Of a DNA stretch of 64,000 nt, positions 38,924 through 48,443 are shown one piece after another (the stretch's first letter is position 1; each line of letters starts with the position of its first letter). Source of the stretch: a virus; the IMG/VR virus record IMGVR_UViG_3300023208_000003, positions 96,001-160,000 of that record, one strand, 5' to 3'. The notes beneath the pieces were generated by a model. It saw only the letters and a program-made list of their open reading frames with translations, was not told where the DNA came from and did not search any database. Both the position numbers and the translations under genes were made by a program.

Positions 38924-39699
38924 AGACGTGGTTCAAGAAATTTATTAAGGAAGATTTTGAACCTAATCTTAAACCTTGGATGCTTCAAACGAAACCTGAG
39001 ATTGAGAAATGGTTGAAAGATAATAGAATTGATGGTTTGGTTTCAAAAGAACTGGAAGTTCATATTACGAGAGGGTCATTATCTTTTATATTTTTAGGCA
39101 ATAATGACTTTACTACGGACAACCAAGGCCGTCGCTGCTTGCCAGTGCAATTTTATATCGTAAAAGAATATGATATGGACGGTCCTGATCTTGAATCATT
39201 TGTCGGCAGTCCAATTGGTGTTTTTGAAAAAATGACATTTAATGATTTTTGCGGTGATAGCTGGGAAGGGTTTCCAAAGTTTTGTTCTGAACTTCGAGGT
39301 AATCCAGGAAAGATAACTTCATTCGAAGGTTTTCCTACTAATGGGGTAAAGTCTCTTAAACTTTTTAGTAAAAAAGATGAACCGCAAATTCCAACTTTAG
39401 AAGGACTTCCAGATAATATTAAAGAGTTTGCAACTGATTGCGTTGCAAGTTATTCAAAAATTGATAAAATTTTACCCAATTTAACTTTTGTAAATGTTCC
39501 AAAAACTCTAAAGGATTCAATTTTAGGAATTTTATTGTTAGAACACTTAAGTGACATTGGATATAATTCAAAAGGGGAAAGTAAGGCATGCCGCGCGGCA
39601 ACCATTGTAAATGACCATTACTTCTCGGGCGATCGTGACATTCTTGACTGTAAGTCAGAGTTAATTGAAAAAGGACTTTCTGAATATGCCAAGCTTTAA
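38920..39699 (+). CDS. YAKL-family paralogue 15
   Basis: MKTWFKKFIKE; SF.G.P repeats; DRDILDCKSELIEKGLSEYAKL*. Confidence 0.87.
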   Translation: MKTWFKKFIKEDFEPNLKPWMLQTKPEIEKWLKDNRIDGLVSKELEVHITRGSLSFIFLGNNDFTTDNQGRRCLPVQFYIVKEYDMDGPDLESFVGSPIGVFEKMTFNDFCGDSWEGFPKFCSELRGNPGKITSFEGFPTNGVKSLKLFSKKDEPQIPTLEGLPDNIKEFATDCVASYSKIDKILPNLTFVNVPKTLKDSILGILLLEHLSDIGYNSKGESKACRAATIVNDHYFSGDRDILDCKSELIEKGLSEYAKL

Positions 39700-40333
39700 A
39701 ACTTTTATTGTAAATGACCCTGATAGAGTTAGAGCGAGCGTATTTGCTGGACGCATAATAAAATCTCGACAAACTGATGCCGATGCTTTTAAAATTGAAC
39801 GAGATGCTAGCATAACGCTTTTAGCTAATGCTAGACTTTTAACAGTTGACTATAAAAACATTGAAAATTCAAATTTTGAGCTGCCGTTCAAAATTAATGA
39901 CACTGACATGAAAATCAGCTTTGATTTTGATTCTTCTGTTTTAAAATCATTTAAGAATTTTCCAAGAAAAATACCAAATGTTTATTTGAGACTTATAGAT
40001 TGTGGCATTACTTCTATTGAAAATATACCTGAGGAAATGGATCGCTTGTTAATGGCTGGAAATGACAGGCTAGAATCATACGCTGGTATTGGATCAAAAA
40101 TTAAAAAATGTGACGAAATGATAATGCCTACTGTTAGTATTAAATCAAGTATTCTTGGATTTCTTCTTATTGATAGACTTGAATCTTTAATGTTTGATAT
40201 GTTTTCACCAACCCCACATTTTACTGCTGTAGCTTTTCAAATTTTACATAAGCATTTTAAAGGCGAAAAAGACGTGCTAGACTGTAAAGCCGAGCTTATT
40301 GAAAATAAATTATCGGAATTCGCCAAACTATGA
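39686..40333 (+). CDS. YAKL-family paralogue 16
   Basis: MPSFKTF (14-nt overlap); KDVLDCKAELIENKLSEFAKL*. Confidence 0.86.
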   Translation: MPSFKTFIVNDPDRVRASVFAGRIIKSRQTDADAFKIERDASITLLANARLLTVDYKNIENSNFELPFKINDTDMKISFDFDSSVLKSFKNFPRKIPNVYLRLIDCGITSIENIPEEMDRLLMAGNDRLESYAGIGSKIKKCDEMIMPTVSIKSSILGFLLIDRLESLMFDMFSPTPHFTAVAFQILHKHFKGEKDVLDCKAELIENKLSEFAKL

Positions 40334-41274
40334 AACTTACTGACATTTTACAAGAAGATGTTGATATTGCTGCTATTGAAAATCTTCCTATCTTTCAAAA
40401 GTTTAAGAACTTACAATTTACTGTGGTTTCAACCCCACGTCAAATAAAGAATGGTACTTTTGAAATTTCACAGCCAAAAGATATTATTAAGAACCCTGAT
40501 ATTATCAAGATGGGCGTTAAGATTTCAAGAACAGGAAACATTTATTTTAGACACCGCTCAAATATGTATCCTTCTTCAGCAAATGTTGCTTTTATTTATG
40601 AAAAAGATGATCTTACATTTTACCAAAAGGCGCTTGAGCGTGCCTGGGAAGAAATTGAAAAACGTTTAAAGCTAGATCAAAAACAAAGAGATAAAAATGC
40701 TAAGGAAATTTTTAAATTTGATCCTACAGCGTATTATGAAGATTTAACTTTCTTAAATTTGCCTGCCGAGCAACGAAATTTACGACTTGAAAACATTAAT
40801 ACGGGATCTTTTTTAGGGCTTCCAAAAAAGATACCTGGAGAATGCAGAATATTGCTCGCTGAAAATAATGTCAACTCTCTTGAGCATTTACCGGCTATTT
40901 GTGGAGATTTTCGATTAGCTTTATTTAAATCTGGTCTTGTTAAAGCTTCAGATGATCAATTAAAGTACGTACCAGCTCGTTGTGAGTACTTATGGCTTGA
41001 CACTATTGGCTTTACATCATTTGCAGGAATTGGAAAAATATTAAAACGGTGTCAAAATCTTTACGCACCAACAACACTTGCATCATCATGTTTAGGCATT
41101 TTGCTTATTCCAAAAATAGATAGGTTTGGTTTTAACCGGTCAATTGATGCCACTCCTATAAAATTGCAATTATTAAACAAAATTATTAACACGCATTTAG
41201 GATCAGACAAAGATATTCTTGAATGCAAAACAGAACTTATTGAAAATGGATTAAAAGAGTTTGCTAAACTATGA
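40330..41274 (+). CDS. YAKL-family paralogue 17
   Basis: MKLTDILQE; long N-domain; DKDILECKTELIENGLKEFAKL*. Confidence 0.87.
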   Translation: MKLTDILQEDVDIAAIENLPIFQKFKNLQFTVVSTPRQIKNGTFEISQPKDIIKNPDIIKMGVKISRTGNIYFRHRSNMYPSSANVAFIYEKDDLTFYQKALERAWEEIEKRLKLDQKQRDKNAKEIFKFDPTAYYEDLTFLNLPAEQRNLRLENINTGSFLGLPKKIPGECRILLAENNVNSLEHLPAICGDFRLALFKSGLVKASDDQLKYVPARCEYLWLDTIGFTSFAGIGKILKRCQNLYAPTTLASSCLGILLIPKIDRFGFNRSIDATPIKLQLLNKIINTHLGSDKDILECKTELIENGLKEFAKL

Positions 41275-42239
41275 AACTTAATCAGCTAATTCGTGAATCG
41301 TTAACTTACGATCAGCTTATTAACTCTCCAGCATTTAAGGAGTTAAAGTCAAAGCATGGTTTTGAAATCGACTTTGACTCTTTTACAAAAAGTCCAAAAC
41401 GAAACGAAATTAAATTAGCTCAAGGAAAATTCGTCAATTCTAAAAATATGTATTTTATGTCCTTTTTTATTAAAATAAAGGGCGATAAGGCTAACATTGA
41501 ATTTCGTCGTAGCTCAAAAAAGATTGAATATTTTAAATCCCCTGATTTGAAAGATGATATTGAAAAGAATCAGGATAATTTTTTAGAGCAAATTTTTGAG
41601 TACTGTAAGCTTGTTGTTGAATCACAACTTAAAAAGGAAGAAGAAGCGCGAATGAAACACGCGCTTGAAAATCGTACTTTCATTCCAACTGATTACTATG
41701 ACAGCTTTGAATTTCTATACTTGCCTGAAGATAGAATGGACACGTTGAACATCAAAAATGCAAATGTCGGTTCTCTAAAAGGACTACCGCAGAGCGTTGA
41801 TGAATTGCATATTGAACTTGCTGAATCAATAGAAAGTATCTCTCTTGAAGGTCTTCCTTGGCGGTGCGCAGATTCATTTTATTTAGGTCTATATCAATCA
41901 CAACAACTATTAAATTTTCCTGCAGGTGATATAAAGCATTTGCCTAAAAGTTGTACATTTCTTGATTTAACTGGGTTAAACGTGACATCATTAATAGGCA
42001 TTAATAAAGTCGAATTTAAACGAATTCTTAGAATTAAAATGAGTAAAACTCTTGAAGAAGGAGGACTCGGCTTATTATTGATTCCGAAACTTCGTGAACT
42101 TACTTTTACTACTGCGCATGGAAAGTATAAAGCTTTTGCAGATATTATGAACGCTAATTTTAGAAAAGCTGAAAAAGATATTCTTGATTGCAAAGCAGAA
42201 CTTATTGAAAATGGATTATCAGCATATGCCAAGCTTTAA
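41271..42239 (+). CDS. YAKL-family paralogue 18
   Basis: MKLNQLIRE; SLKGLP/SLEGLP repeats; KDILDCKAELIENGLSAYAKL*. Confidence 0.87.
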   Translation: MKLNQLIRESLTYDQLINSPAFKELKSKHGFEIDFDSFTKSPKRNEIKLAQGKFVNSKNMYFMSFFIKIKGDKANIEFRRSSKKIEYFKSPDLKDDIEKNQDNFLEQIFEYCKLVVESQLKKEEEARMKHALENRTFIPTDYYDSFEFLYLPEDRMDTLNIKNANVGSLKGLPQSVDELHIELAESIESISLEGLPWRCADSFYLGLYQSQQLLNFPAGDIKHLPKSCTFLDLTGLNVTSLIGINKVEFKRILRIKMSKTLEEGGLGLLLIPKLRELTFTTAHGKYKAFADIMNANFRKAEKDILDCKAELIENGLSAYAKL

Positions 42240-42777
42240 AGCAAGATACATCCCAAAAAATCCTCAAAAGTATGTCGGTAATCCAAATAACATTCAATGC
42301 CGTAGTTCTTGGGAAATAGCAGTTTGTAAATTTTTCGATCTTTCAACTTCAGTTATTCGCTGGGCTTCAGAAGAAATTTCCGTGCCTTATATTTCACCAG
42401 TTGACGGAAGAGTGCATCGATATTTTCCAGATTTTATTGTTTCATATTTAGACGCCCGCGGCAATATTCAACAAGAAATTGTTGAAGTAAAGCCCTTAAA
42501 AGAATCAGATGAACGATTTGCTAAAACTCCAGTCGATAAATCACGTTTTTTAGTAAATAAAGCAAAGTGGGAAGCAGCAGCTAAATTTGCGTCAAGTAAT
42601 GGAATGAGCTTTCGAGTAATTACTGAACTTAGTATTTTTAAGGACAGCCGGTCAACCTCGAAAAATCGTGTTAAATCAACAAAAGGAACGCAAGGGTCCA
42701 CCACAACTAAAAAAGCTCGTACTACGGTTGCGCCGCGCTCAGTAAAAACGGCTCGCAAGCAAAAGGCTAAAAAATGA
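42226..42777 (+). CDS. gp4: head completion protein (T4 gp4-like nuclease fold)
   Basis: Y.PKNP.KY.G.P..I..RSSWE...C.F.D....V..WASEEI.VPY.SP.DG..HRYFPDF, VEVKP. Confidence 0.92.
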   Translation: MPSFKARYIPKNPQKYVGNPNNIQCRSSWEIAVCKFFDLSTSVIRWASEEISVPYISPVDGRVHRYFPDFIVSYLDARGNIQQEIVEVKPLKESDERFAKTPVDKSRFLVNKAKWEAAAKFASSNGMSFRVITELSIFKDSRSTSKNRVKSTKGTQGSTTTKKARTTVAPRSVKTARKQKAKK

Positions 42778-43430
42778 CATCATTCAAAACATACTTTAAA
42801 CAAGATGACACTGTTGATTCACCAAAACAAATTGAGAATTATCTAAGAAATAATTGGAAATTCAATTTTGACGCTGGAAATATCAAAATTGACCTATTAA
42901 AAAAAGAAGTTTTTGGTTCAAACTTTTCACTGACTGTTACCGAGGAAAATTTAGCTAATGTCAATGGTAAAAAAGTAATTCCAGTAAAATTTTCTACTGT
43001 TGCTAACTTTCAACATATCAACAAACATACTGAAAGTTTTACATTAGAATACGCGCCACACACAACTATAGATCATTGGTACGCGATTGATCCATATTTT
43101 AATAATATTGAATACTTACCTCAATATTCAACTATGATTGATATTTCTCAATGTTTAAATTTTAAATCTCTTCATAATATTCATAAAAGAGTAAAGCGAA
43201 CTCACGTTGTTACGCTGTGCAATATGATTGAAAGTTCAATGCTAGGGCTAATGTTAATTCCTGAACTAGGACAAGTTGAGTTTATAAATTTTATAAGTTC
43301 AGGAACTTCAAATGATACGATTTCCACTTTAACAAATACCTTTCGAAAAGCGCTAGAAACAAGCGTCGATGTTTTAGATGTTAAAGCTGAACTAATTGAA
43401 AAAGGATTATCAGAGTTTGCGAAGCTCTAA
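42774..43430 (+). CDS. YAKL-family paralogue 19
   Basis: MTSFKTYFKQ; FKSLHNIHKRV; VDVLDVKAELIEKGLSEFAKL*. Confidence 0.87.
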   Translation: MTSFKTYFKQDDTVDSPKQIENYLRNNWKFNFDAGNIKIDLLKKEVFGSNFSLTVTEENLANVNGKKVIPVKFSTVANFQHINKHTESFTLEYAPHTTIDHWYAIDPYFNNIEYLPQYSTMIDISQCLNFKSLHNIHKRVKRTHVVTLCNMIESSMLGLMLIPELGQVEFINFISSGTSNDTISTLTNTFRKALETSVDVLDVKAELIEKGLSEFAKL

Positions 43431-43465
43431 AATAAATAAGAAAAACACAATTTGGAGCATATCAA

Positions 43466-44143
43466 ATGCGAATAAACGATCTCGTAAACGAACAAATTAT
43501 TGCTGAAGTACACCAGGAGGAAAACCTGGTAGCGCAGTATCACAACGCTGAAGAGTATGAAGGGAATATAAGCATGTCAGGACGTCACCTGACATCACTC
43601 AGAGGAGCCCCGAAGATAGTCAATGGAAACTTTGACGTTAATGAAAATCCTCTTTTAAAGACACTGCGCTTTGCACCAATCCACATAACTGGTAGATTTA
43701 ACGCTAATGATTGTGATATTCAATCATTGCGCGGCTGTACAACAAAAACAATTGGTGAGCTATTTACTATATCAAAAAATTCTTTTAGATCAGTTGATGA
43801 TTTAATGGGGGCTCCTGAAGATATTGGCTCACTTCACATGTGTTTTGGAATGAACTTTACTTCACTAAGCGGAATTCATAAAGCGTTTAAATGCGTCAAT
43901 GATACGATTTTTATTCCAGAAAAATCAACTCACGTGCTTGCATTAGCTTTTATTAAAAACCTTAAACACGTTGTTATTGGTTCATTGCCATCTGATCAGA
44001 AATTAAATACTGACCTTGGTAAGGTAATAAAGATTTTGAATGATCATTTAAAAACTGGTTCAATTGATATGCTTGATGTAAAGACTGAAATTATTGAAAC
44101 TTATTCAGGTCAGCCTGAAATTCTTGCGCTTGCAAAGGTATAA
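43466..44143 (+). CDS. YAKL-family paralogue 20, canonical LRR and divergent C-terminus
   Basis: MRINDLVNE; LTSLRGAPKIVNGNFDV-type repeats; IDMLDVKTEIIETYSGQPEILALAKV*; own AATAAATA at 43431. Confidence 0.8.
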   Translation: MRINDLVNEQIIAEVHQEENLVAQYHNAEEYEGNISMSGRHLTSLRGAPKIVNGNFDVNENPLLKTLRFAPIHITGRFNANDCDIQSLRGCTTKTIGELFTISKNSFRSVDDLMGAPEDIGSLHMCFGMNFTSLSGIHKAFKCVNDTIFIPEKSTHVLALAFIKNLKHVVIGSLPSDQKLNTDLGKVIKILNDHLKTGSIDMLDVKTEIIETYSGQPEILALAKV

Positions 44144-44146
44144 ACA

Positions 44147-45136
44147 ATGAAACTAATTGAAATAACTGAATCTAGCAAAGTCTATAATTTTAAAAATGTT
44201 GAAGATACTATTAAACGACTTACTCCAGAAGAATTTGAAGCGGCAATTCGATTCGCAAAAAAGCAGCCAGAGTTTAAAGCGCTTTTAGCAGCTGGTTATG
44301 ATTTTGCTTCGTCTGAAAATCAGCTTAAGAAAGGAATTTTAAGTTTTAAATTTGCGCATATTTCAAAAACTGACGCTGGCCAAGCAATATCTGACAACAC
44401 TGCACGTTCAGTAATTTACCCAAACGGCAATGTTCGTTTAATGTGGGATAGCGGCGACCATGCAACAACTATTTCAATTCCAGGTATTGGTAGAAATCTA
44501 ACTGAACGTTATAAAATCGGACTTCAAGCTCTTGTACGAGTTGCTAATAAGCGCGCTAAGCTCAGACAAGAGCTAGGCGTTGTCCATGGGTTAACCAATC
44601 TTTCTAAAATTGATACATCTCATCAAGCTTTAAATCAAATAACTTTTGATCGTTGTTCATTTAAGGATTTTAAAACTCTTGATCCCAATTTTAATGGCAT
44701 AATGAAAATTATCAGCCACAAAGTTGACCTTTCAATGGTTGGCTGCGCAGTTAAGAGTCAACATTTAGATGAACTAAGAATACAAGAAGGCAAAAACGTA
44801 ATTGATCTCGATAAATTACCGGAACGTATCGACATTTTAGATTTATCTGAATCAAACATTATAAGTTTAAAAGGAATCGGAAAAAGTTTAAGATATTGTG
44901 ATAAGTTTTACTTTTCGCCTAAAATACAGGATAGCATTTTAGGTATAATGAACATTCAATGGATTTCAACTTATAAAGATGTTAAAGTAAATAGATTTAC
45001 TATAGCATTTGAAAAAAACAAATTATTAGCTGATGCAATTGGAATCTTAATGACAAATTACCACAACAAAGCAGATATTTTAGATTGTAAAGCTGAGCTG
45101 ATTGAAGCTGGGTTAGGGCAGTATGCCAAACTTTAA
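44147..45136 (+). CDS. YAKL-family paralogue 21
   Basis: MKLIEITE; ADILDCKAELIEAGLGQYAKL*. Confidence 0.87.
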   Translation: MKLIEITESSKVYNFKNVEDTIKRLTPEEFEAAIRFAKKQPEFKALLAAGYDFASSENQLKKGILSFKFAHISKTDAGQAISDNTARSVIYPNGNVRLMWDSGDHATTISIPGIGRNLTERYKIGLQALVRVANKRAKLRQELGVVHGLTNLSKIDTSHQALNQITFDRCSFKDFKTLDPNFNGIMKIISHKVDLSMVGCAVKSQHLDELRIQEGKNVIDLDKLPERIDILDLSESNIISLKGIGKSLRYCDKFYFSPKIQDSILGIMNIQWISTYKDVKVNRFTIAFEKNKLLADAIGILMTNYHNKADILDCKAELIEAGLGQYAKL

Positions 45137-45749
45137 AGAATTTTTCAAATATAATCCTCGTGAACCCGCTCTTTGGATGTATGCTGAAAGACAAGACGTT
45201 TTAGACTGGCTTTGGCAGGCAGCTCCGCATAAAACGCAATTTGACGTAAATGATGATCTGATTGTTTTTTCAAAAGACGATTTCCAGCTCGAAGATAACG
45301 TAATAACAGCATTGCCAGTTCGTTTAGATACTCCAAAAAAATTAGTATTGAAAATGAAAAATTTACAAACTTTACGAGGTATACCAGAAGGCGTAATGTA
45401 TGGAACTTTAATAATCGCTTCTGATAAATTAACAGAGCTTGATTATTTGCCATATAGCGTGTCTTCATTGAATATAATAGATTGCCCAAATGTTCATTCG
45501 CTTCATGGAATTCACGATAAGGTTAAACGAATGACGATGATTATTGTTGGTGAAGGAATTGAAAGCTCAATTCTTGGTCTTCTAACAATTAAAGATTTTT
45601 CAGGAATGATGACTAATACATCTAATTCTAACGCTTCGCTAAATAAAGCTTGTCAGATTTTAAATGCTGCAATTATTCATAAGCAAGATTTACTTGATTG
45701 CAAAGCAGAACTAATTGAAAAAGGATTATCAACATATGCTAAGCTTTAG
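45123..45749 (+). CDS. YAKL-family paralogue 22
   Basis: MPNFKEFFK; QDLLDCKAELIEKGLSTYAKL*. Confidence 0.87.
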   Translation: MPNFKEFFKYNPREPALWMYAERQDVLDWLWQAAPHKTQFDVNDDLIVFSKDDFQLEDNVITALPVRLDTPKKLVLKMKNLQTLRGIPEGVMYGTLIIASDKLTELDYLPYSVSSLNIIDCPNVHSLHGIHDKVKRMTMIIVGEGIESSILGLLTIKDFSGMMTNTSNSNASLNKACQILNAAIIHKQDLLDCKAELIEKGLSTYAKL

Positions 45750-46413
45750 AGATTATTTAAAAGAAGAAAAACTAACAGGCTTCTTAGATACAAGAGAGGC
45801 AGTTAAACAATACATGCAGGATAATTTTTCACTCATTTCATATTCATTTAATGATTATGAAGATGATCCTGATATTGTAGAAGTTAATTTAGAGTTAACT
45901 CCACGAATAACTTTTACAAATGAACATTTACGTAAAACTGGCAGCCAATATCATCTTCCATTTAAAATTGGAGAAATTACTAATTTAGTTATTAACGCGC
46001 CGAAGTTAAATTCTACTGAAGGTTTTCCAAATTCAGCAGGACGTATTTTAATTTTAGATATGGATTTACACGAGCTGAATCACGATATTGTATTCAATGT
46101 TGGTGATTTATGCTTACGCGGCACTTATCTCATAACGTTAACAGGAATTCATAACTCCTGTCCTCATGGAGTTAGTGAGTTAGAATTTCCAAAAGGACTA
46201 CAGGGAAACGTTTTAGATTTAGCGCGTCTAGATAATCTTGACAGTGTAAGCGTTGCGCCGCATGCAATGCGACTTTCAGATGAAATTTGGAATGAACAAG
46301 TTCGTTTGGCGGCCACTATTAATGATTATCTTAGTGAATCTCGTGGTCTTGATTTATTAGAACTAAAAGCTACTCTTATTGATAATGGATTTTCAAAGTA
46401 TGCCAAGATTTAA
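45736..46413 (+). CDS. YAKL-family paralogue 23
   Basis: MLSFRDYLKEE (ATG 45736); LDLLELKATLIDNGFSKYAKI*. Confidence 0.86.
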   Translation: MLSFRDYLKEEKLTGFLDTREAVKQYMQDNFSLISYSFNDYEDDPDIVEVNLELTPRITFTNEHLRKTGSQYHLPFKIGEITNLVINAPKLNSTEGFPNSAGRILILDMDLHELNHDIVFNVGDLCLRGTYLITLTGIHNSCPHGVSELEFPKGLQGNVLDLARLDNLDSVSVAPHAMRLSDEIWNEQVRLAATINDYLSESRGLDLLELKATLIDNGFSKYAKI

Positions 46414-47086
46414 AGAATTTTTAAAAGAAGAAACTGAATCACATTACTTTAAAAATAAAGACGCCGTACTAGATTGGTTTAGCGATTATGTTGAAACACT
46501 TGAAACTCCTGATATTAAAGTAAATAATAAAGGAGTTTTTTATGTAGCCGATGATTCAATGGATTTTACTCTTAATCCTGGTTGTTCAGTTCCTGTAACT
46601 TGGAATGGAAGAAAAGTTTATGGTTTACCAGTTAAAATAGAAGAAGCCCGTGATTTTATTGTTAAAGATGGAAGATTAAATTCAACAGTAGGATTTCCTG
46701 ATCTTGTAGATAATATTGTCCATTATCCATATGGTTTTCCTTGTGGTTTAACTGAATTTAACGACGCTGTATTTTTTCCGATGTGTAATCTTAAGTTGTC
46801 TGGAACTCAAATTAAAACATTAAGAGGTATTCATACTTCTTGTGACGCCGGTCTTGGCGATCTTTGGTTACCATTTGAACTTGACGGCCCGGTTCTTGAC
46901 ATTACAAAGCTTGAAGGTCTTAATATGGTAAGAATCGATAAAAAAATTCATCCGGCTCATTCAGATTATTTTAGATACAAGACACTTACTGAAACTATAA
47001 ATCTTGTTCTTGAAGACGGTTTTGACGCGCTTGATTTAAAAGCTGCGCTTATTGAAAAAGGATTAAGTCAATATGCGAAGTTTTAA
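46400..47086 (+). CDS. YAKL-family paralogue 24
   Basis: MPRFKEFLKEE (ATG 46400); FDALDLKAALIEKGLSQYAKF*. Clearly closest to paralogue 23. Confidence 0.86.
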   Translation: MPRFKEFLKEETESHYFKNKDAVLDWFSDYVETLETPDIKVNNKGVFYVADDSMDFTLNPGCSVPVTWNGRKVYGLPVKIEEARDFIVKDGRLNSTVGFPDLVDNIVHYPYGFPCGLTEFNDAVFFPMCNLKLSGTQIKTLRGIHTSCDAGLGDLWLPFELDGPVLDITKLEGLNMVRIDKKIHPAHSDYFRYKTLTETINLVLEDGFDALDLKAALIEKGLSQYAKF

Positions 47087-47726
47087 GCAATTTTTAGCTG
47101 ATGAAGAAGTCGACAGTTGCTTTTTAACATTTGTAATGCAATTCAGCAAGCTTTATAATTCGCCTGAAGACTCAGAAGCGGAACGAATTGTTAGAGAAGC
47201 GTTTGAGCCTGTTTTTTCAAAGTATCACATTGAAAAAATGATTCCTTCTAAAGTAAACAAGCTTGGCGGCTTTTATTCTATAGTGCTTGTGATAGCTGAA
47301 GGGGCTCATTTAAATGTAAAAGATTTAGTTAATGAATTGACATTGTTGTATAAAGAAAAAATTGGTTCATATTCAGTTTTTGAACCTAACCCCTGGGCCG
47401 CTAGTTTGTATGTTAATCTTCCAACGTCATCAGTGTTTGATTGTGATTTTGAAGCTTTTATTACTCGTGTTAATAATAAAACTGCTAAAAATATTCACAA
47501 AACACTTTTGAATCTTGAACATCTAATGTTTCAAGATTCACTTTTTAATGGTCCGGTACTTGGAACGATGTTAATGCCGCATCTTAAAAGCGTTGGTCTT
47601 GAATTTCATTTAGAGCCGCCTGATTGGATCAAAATAATTAATGCGCAGCTTAAAGGCGATCGTGATTTGCTTGAGTGCAAGACACAACTAATTGAGGCTG
47701 GCTACGCTGAAATGGCTAAAATTTAA
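47073..47726 (+). CDS. YAKL-family paralogue 25
   Basis: MRSFKQFLADEE; DRDLLECKTQLIEAGYAEMAKI*. Confidence 0.87.
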   Translation: MRSFKQFLADEEVDSCFLTFVMQFSKLYNSPEDSEAERIVREAFEPVFSKYHIEKMIPSKVNKLGGFYSIVLVIAEGAHLNVKDLVNELTLLYKEKIGSYSVFEPNPWAASLYVNLPTSSVFDCDFEAFITRVNNKTAKNIHKTLLNLEHLMFQDSLFNGPVLGTMLMPHLKSVGLEFHLEPPDWIKIINAQLKGDRDLLECKTQLIEAGYAEMAKI

Positions 47727-47852
47727 GCAAGTAATATTTATTCAATCTCAATAAAATCTCAAAATCATCAACCTTTAGAAATAAGCAAAAAATTAAAGTA
47801 GCTGATAAATAGCTTTAACACTTTACTTACGTGTTTAAAGGAGAAAAAATTT

Positions 47853-48443
47853 ATGGCTACTCTCTCACAGATTGGCATTCCAGCTTCTGGAAATGGTATT
47901 TTAGCACCAAAAATTAAGAATCGCTTTCAAGTTCGCTTTGTTGGTATTGCAAGGGCACTTGGTGGAAATGGACGTGACTTAACCGCGCAGGTAACCACAT
48001 TTACCCGCCCACAACTTGATTTTGAAGAAATTGAATTAAACCGCTACAACAGCCGCGCGTATGTTGCTGGTAAGCATACTTGGTCTGAAACAACTCTTAC
48101 TGTTGAGGATGACATTACAGGTCGTGCAGCGTATGTTGTTCAAGGTCAGCTTGAAACTCAGCAGCGCTTGATTGGCGCAGACTCAACTAATGGTCAGTGG
48201 TTGAACGCAACCCCAACGGCTTCTGGTTACAAGTTTGCAACCAAGGTTGAACAGCTTGACGGTAATGAGTTCCCTGTTGAAACTTGGATTATTGAGGGCT
48301 GTTGGATCAAGTCAGTTGACTGGGGTGATCTTGATTATCAAGCATCTGAAGCAAATACGATTCAGCTTACTATTCGTTACGACCATGCACGTCAAGAACT
48401 TACAGGTCAGGGTTATGGAACGGCCATTGGAGGCACGTTATAA
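47853..48443 (+). CDS. gp19: tail tube protein (T4 gp19-like)
   Basis: PKIKNRFQVRF, RPQL.FEEI.L.RYNS..Y.AGK..W....LTV.DD, GCWI..V.WGDLDY, LTIRYD; GATAAATAG at 47804. Confidence 0.85.
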   Translation: MATLSQIGIPASGNGILAPKIKNRFQVRFVGIARALGGNGRDLTAQVTTFTRPQLDFEEIELNRYNSRAYVAGKHTWSETTLTVEDDITGRAAYVVQGQLETQQRLIGADSTNGQWLNATPTASGYKFATKVEQLDGNEFPVETWIIEGCWIKSVDWGDLDYQASEANTIQLTIRYDHARQELTGQGYGTAIGGTL

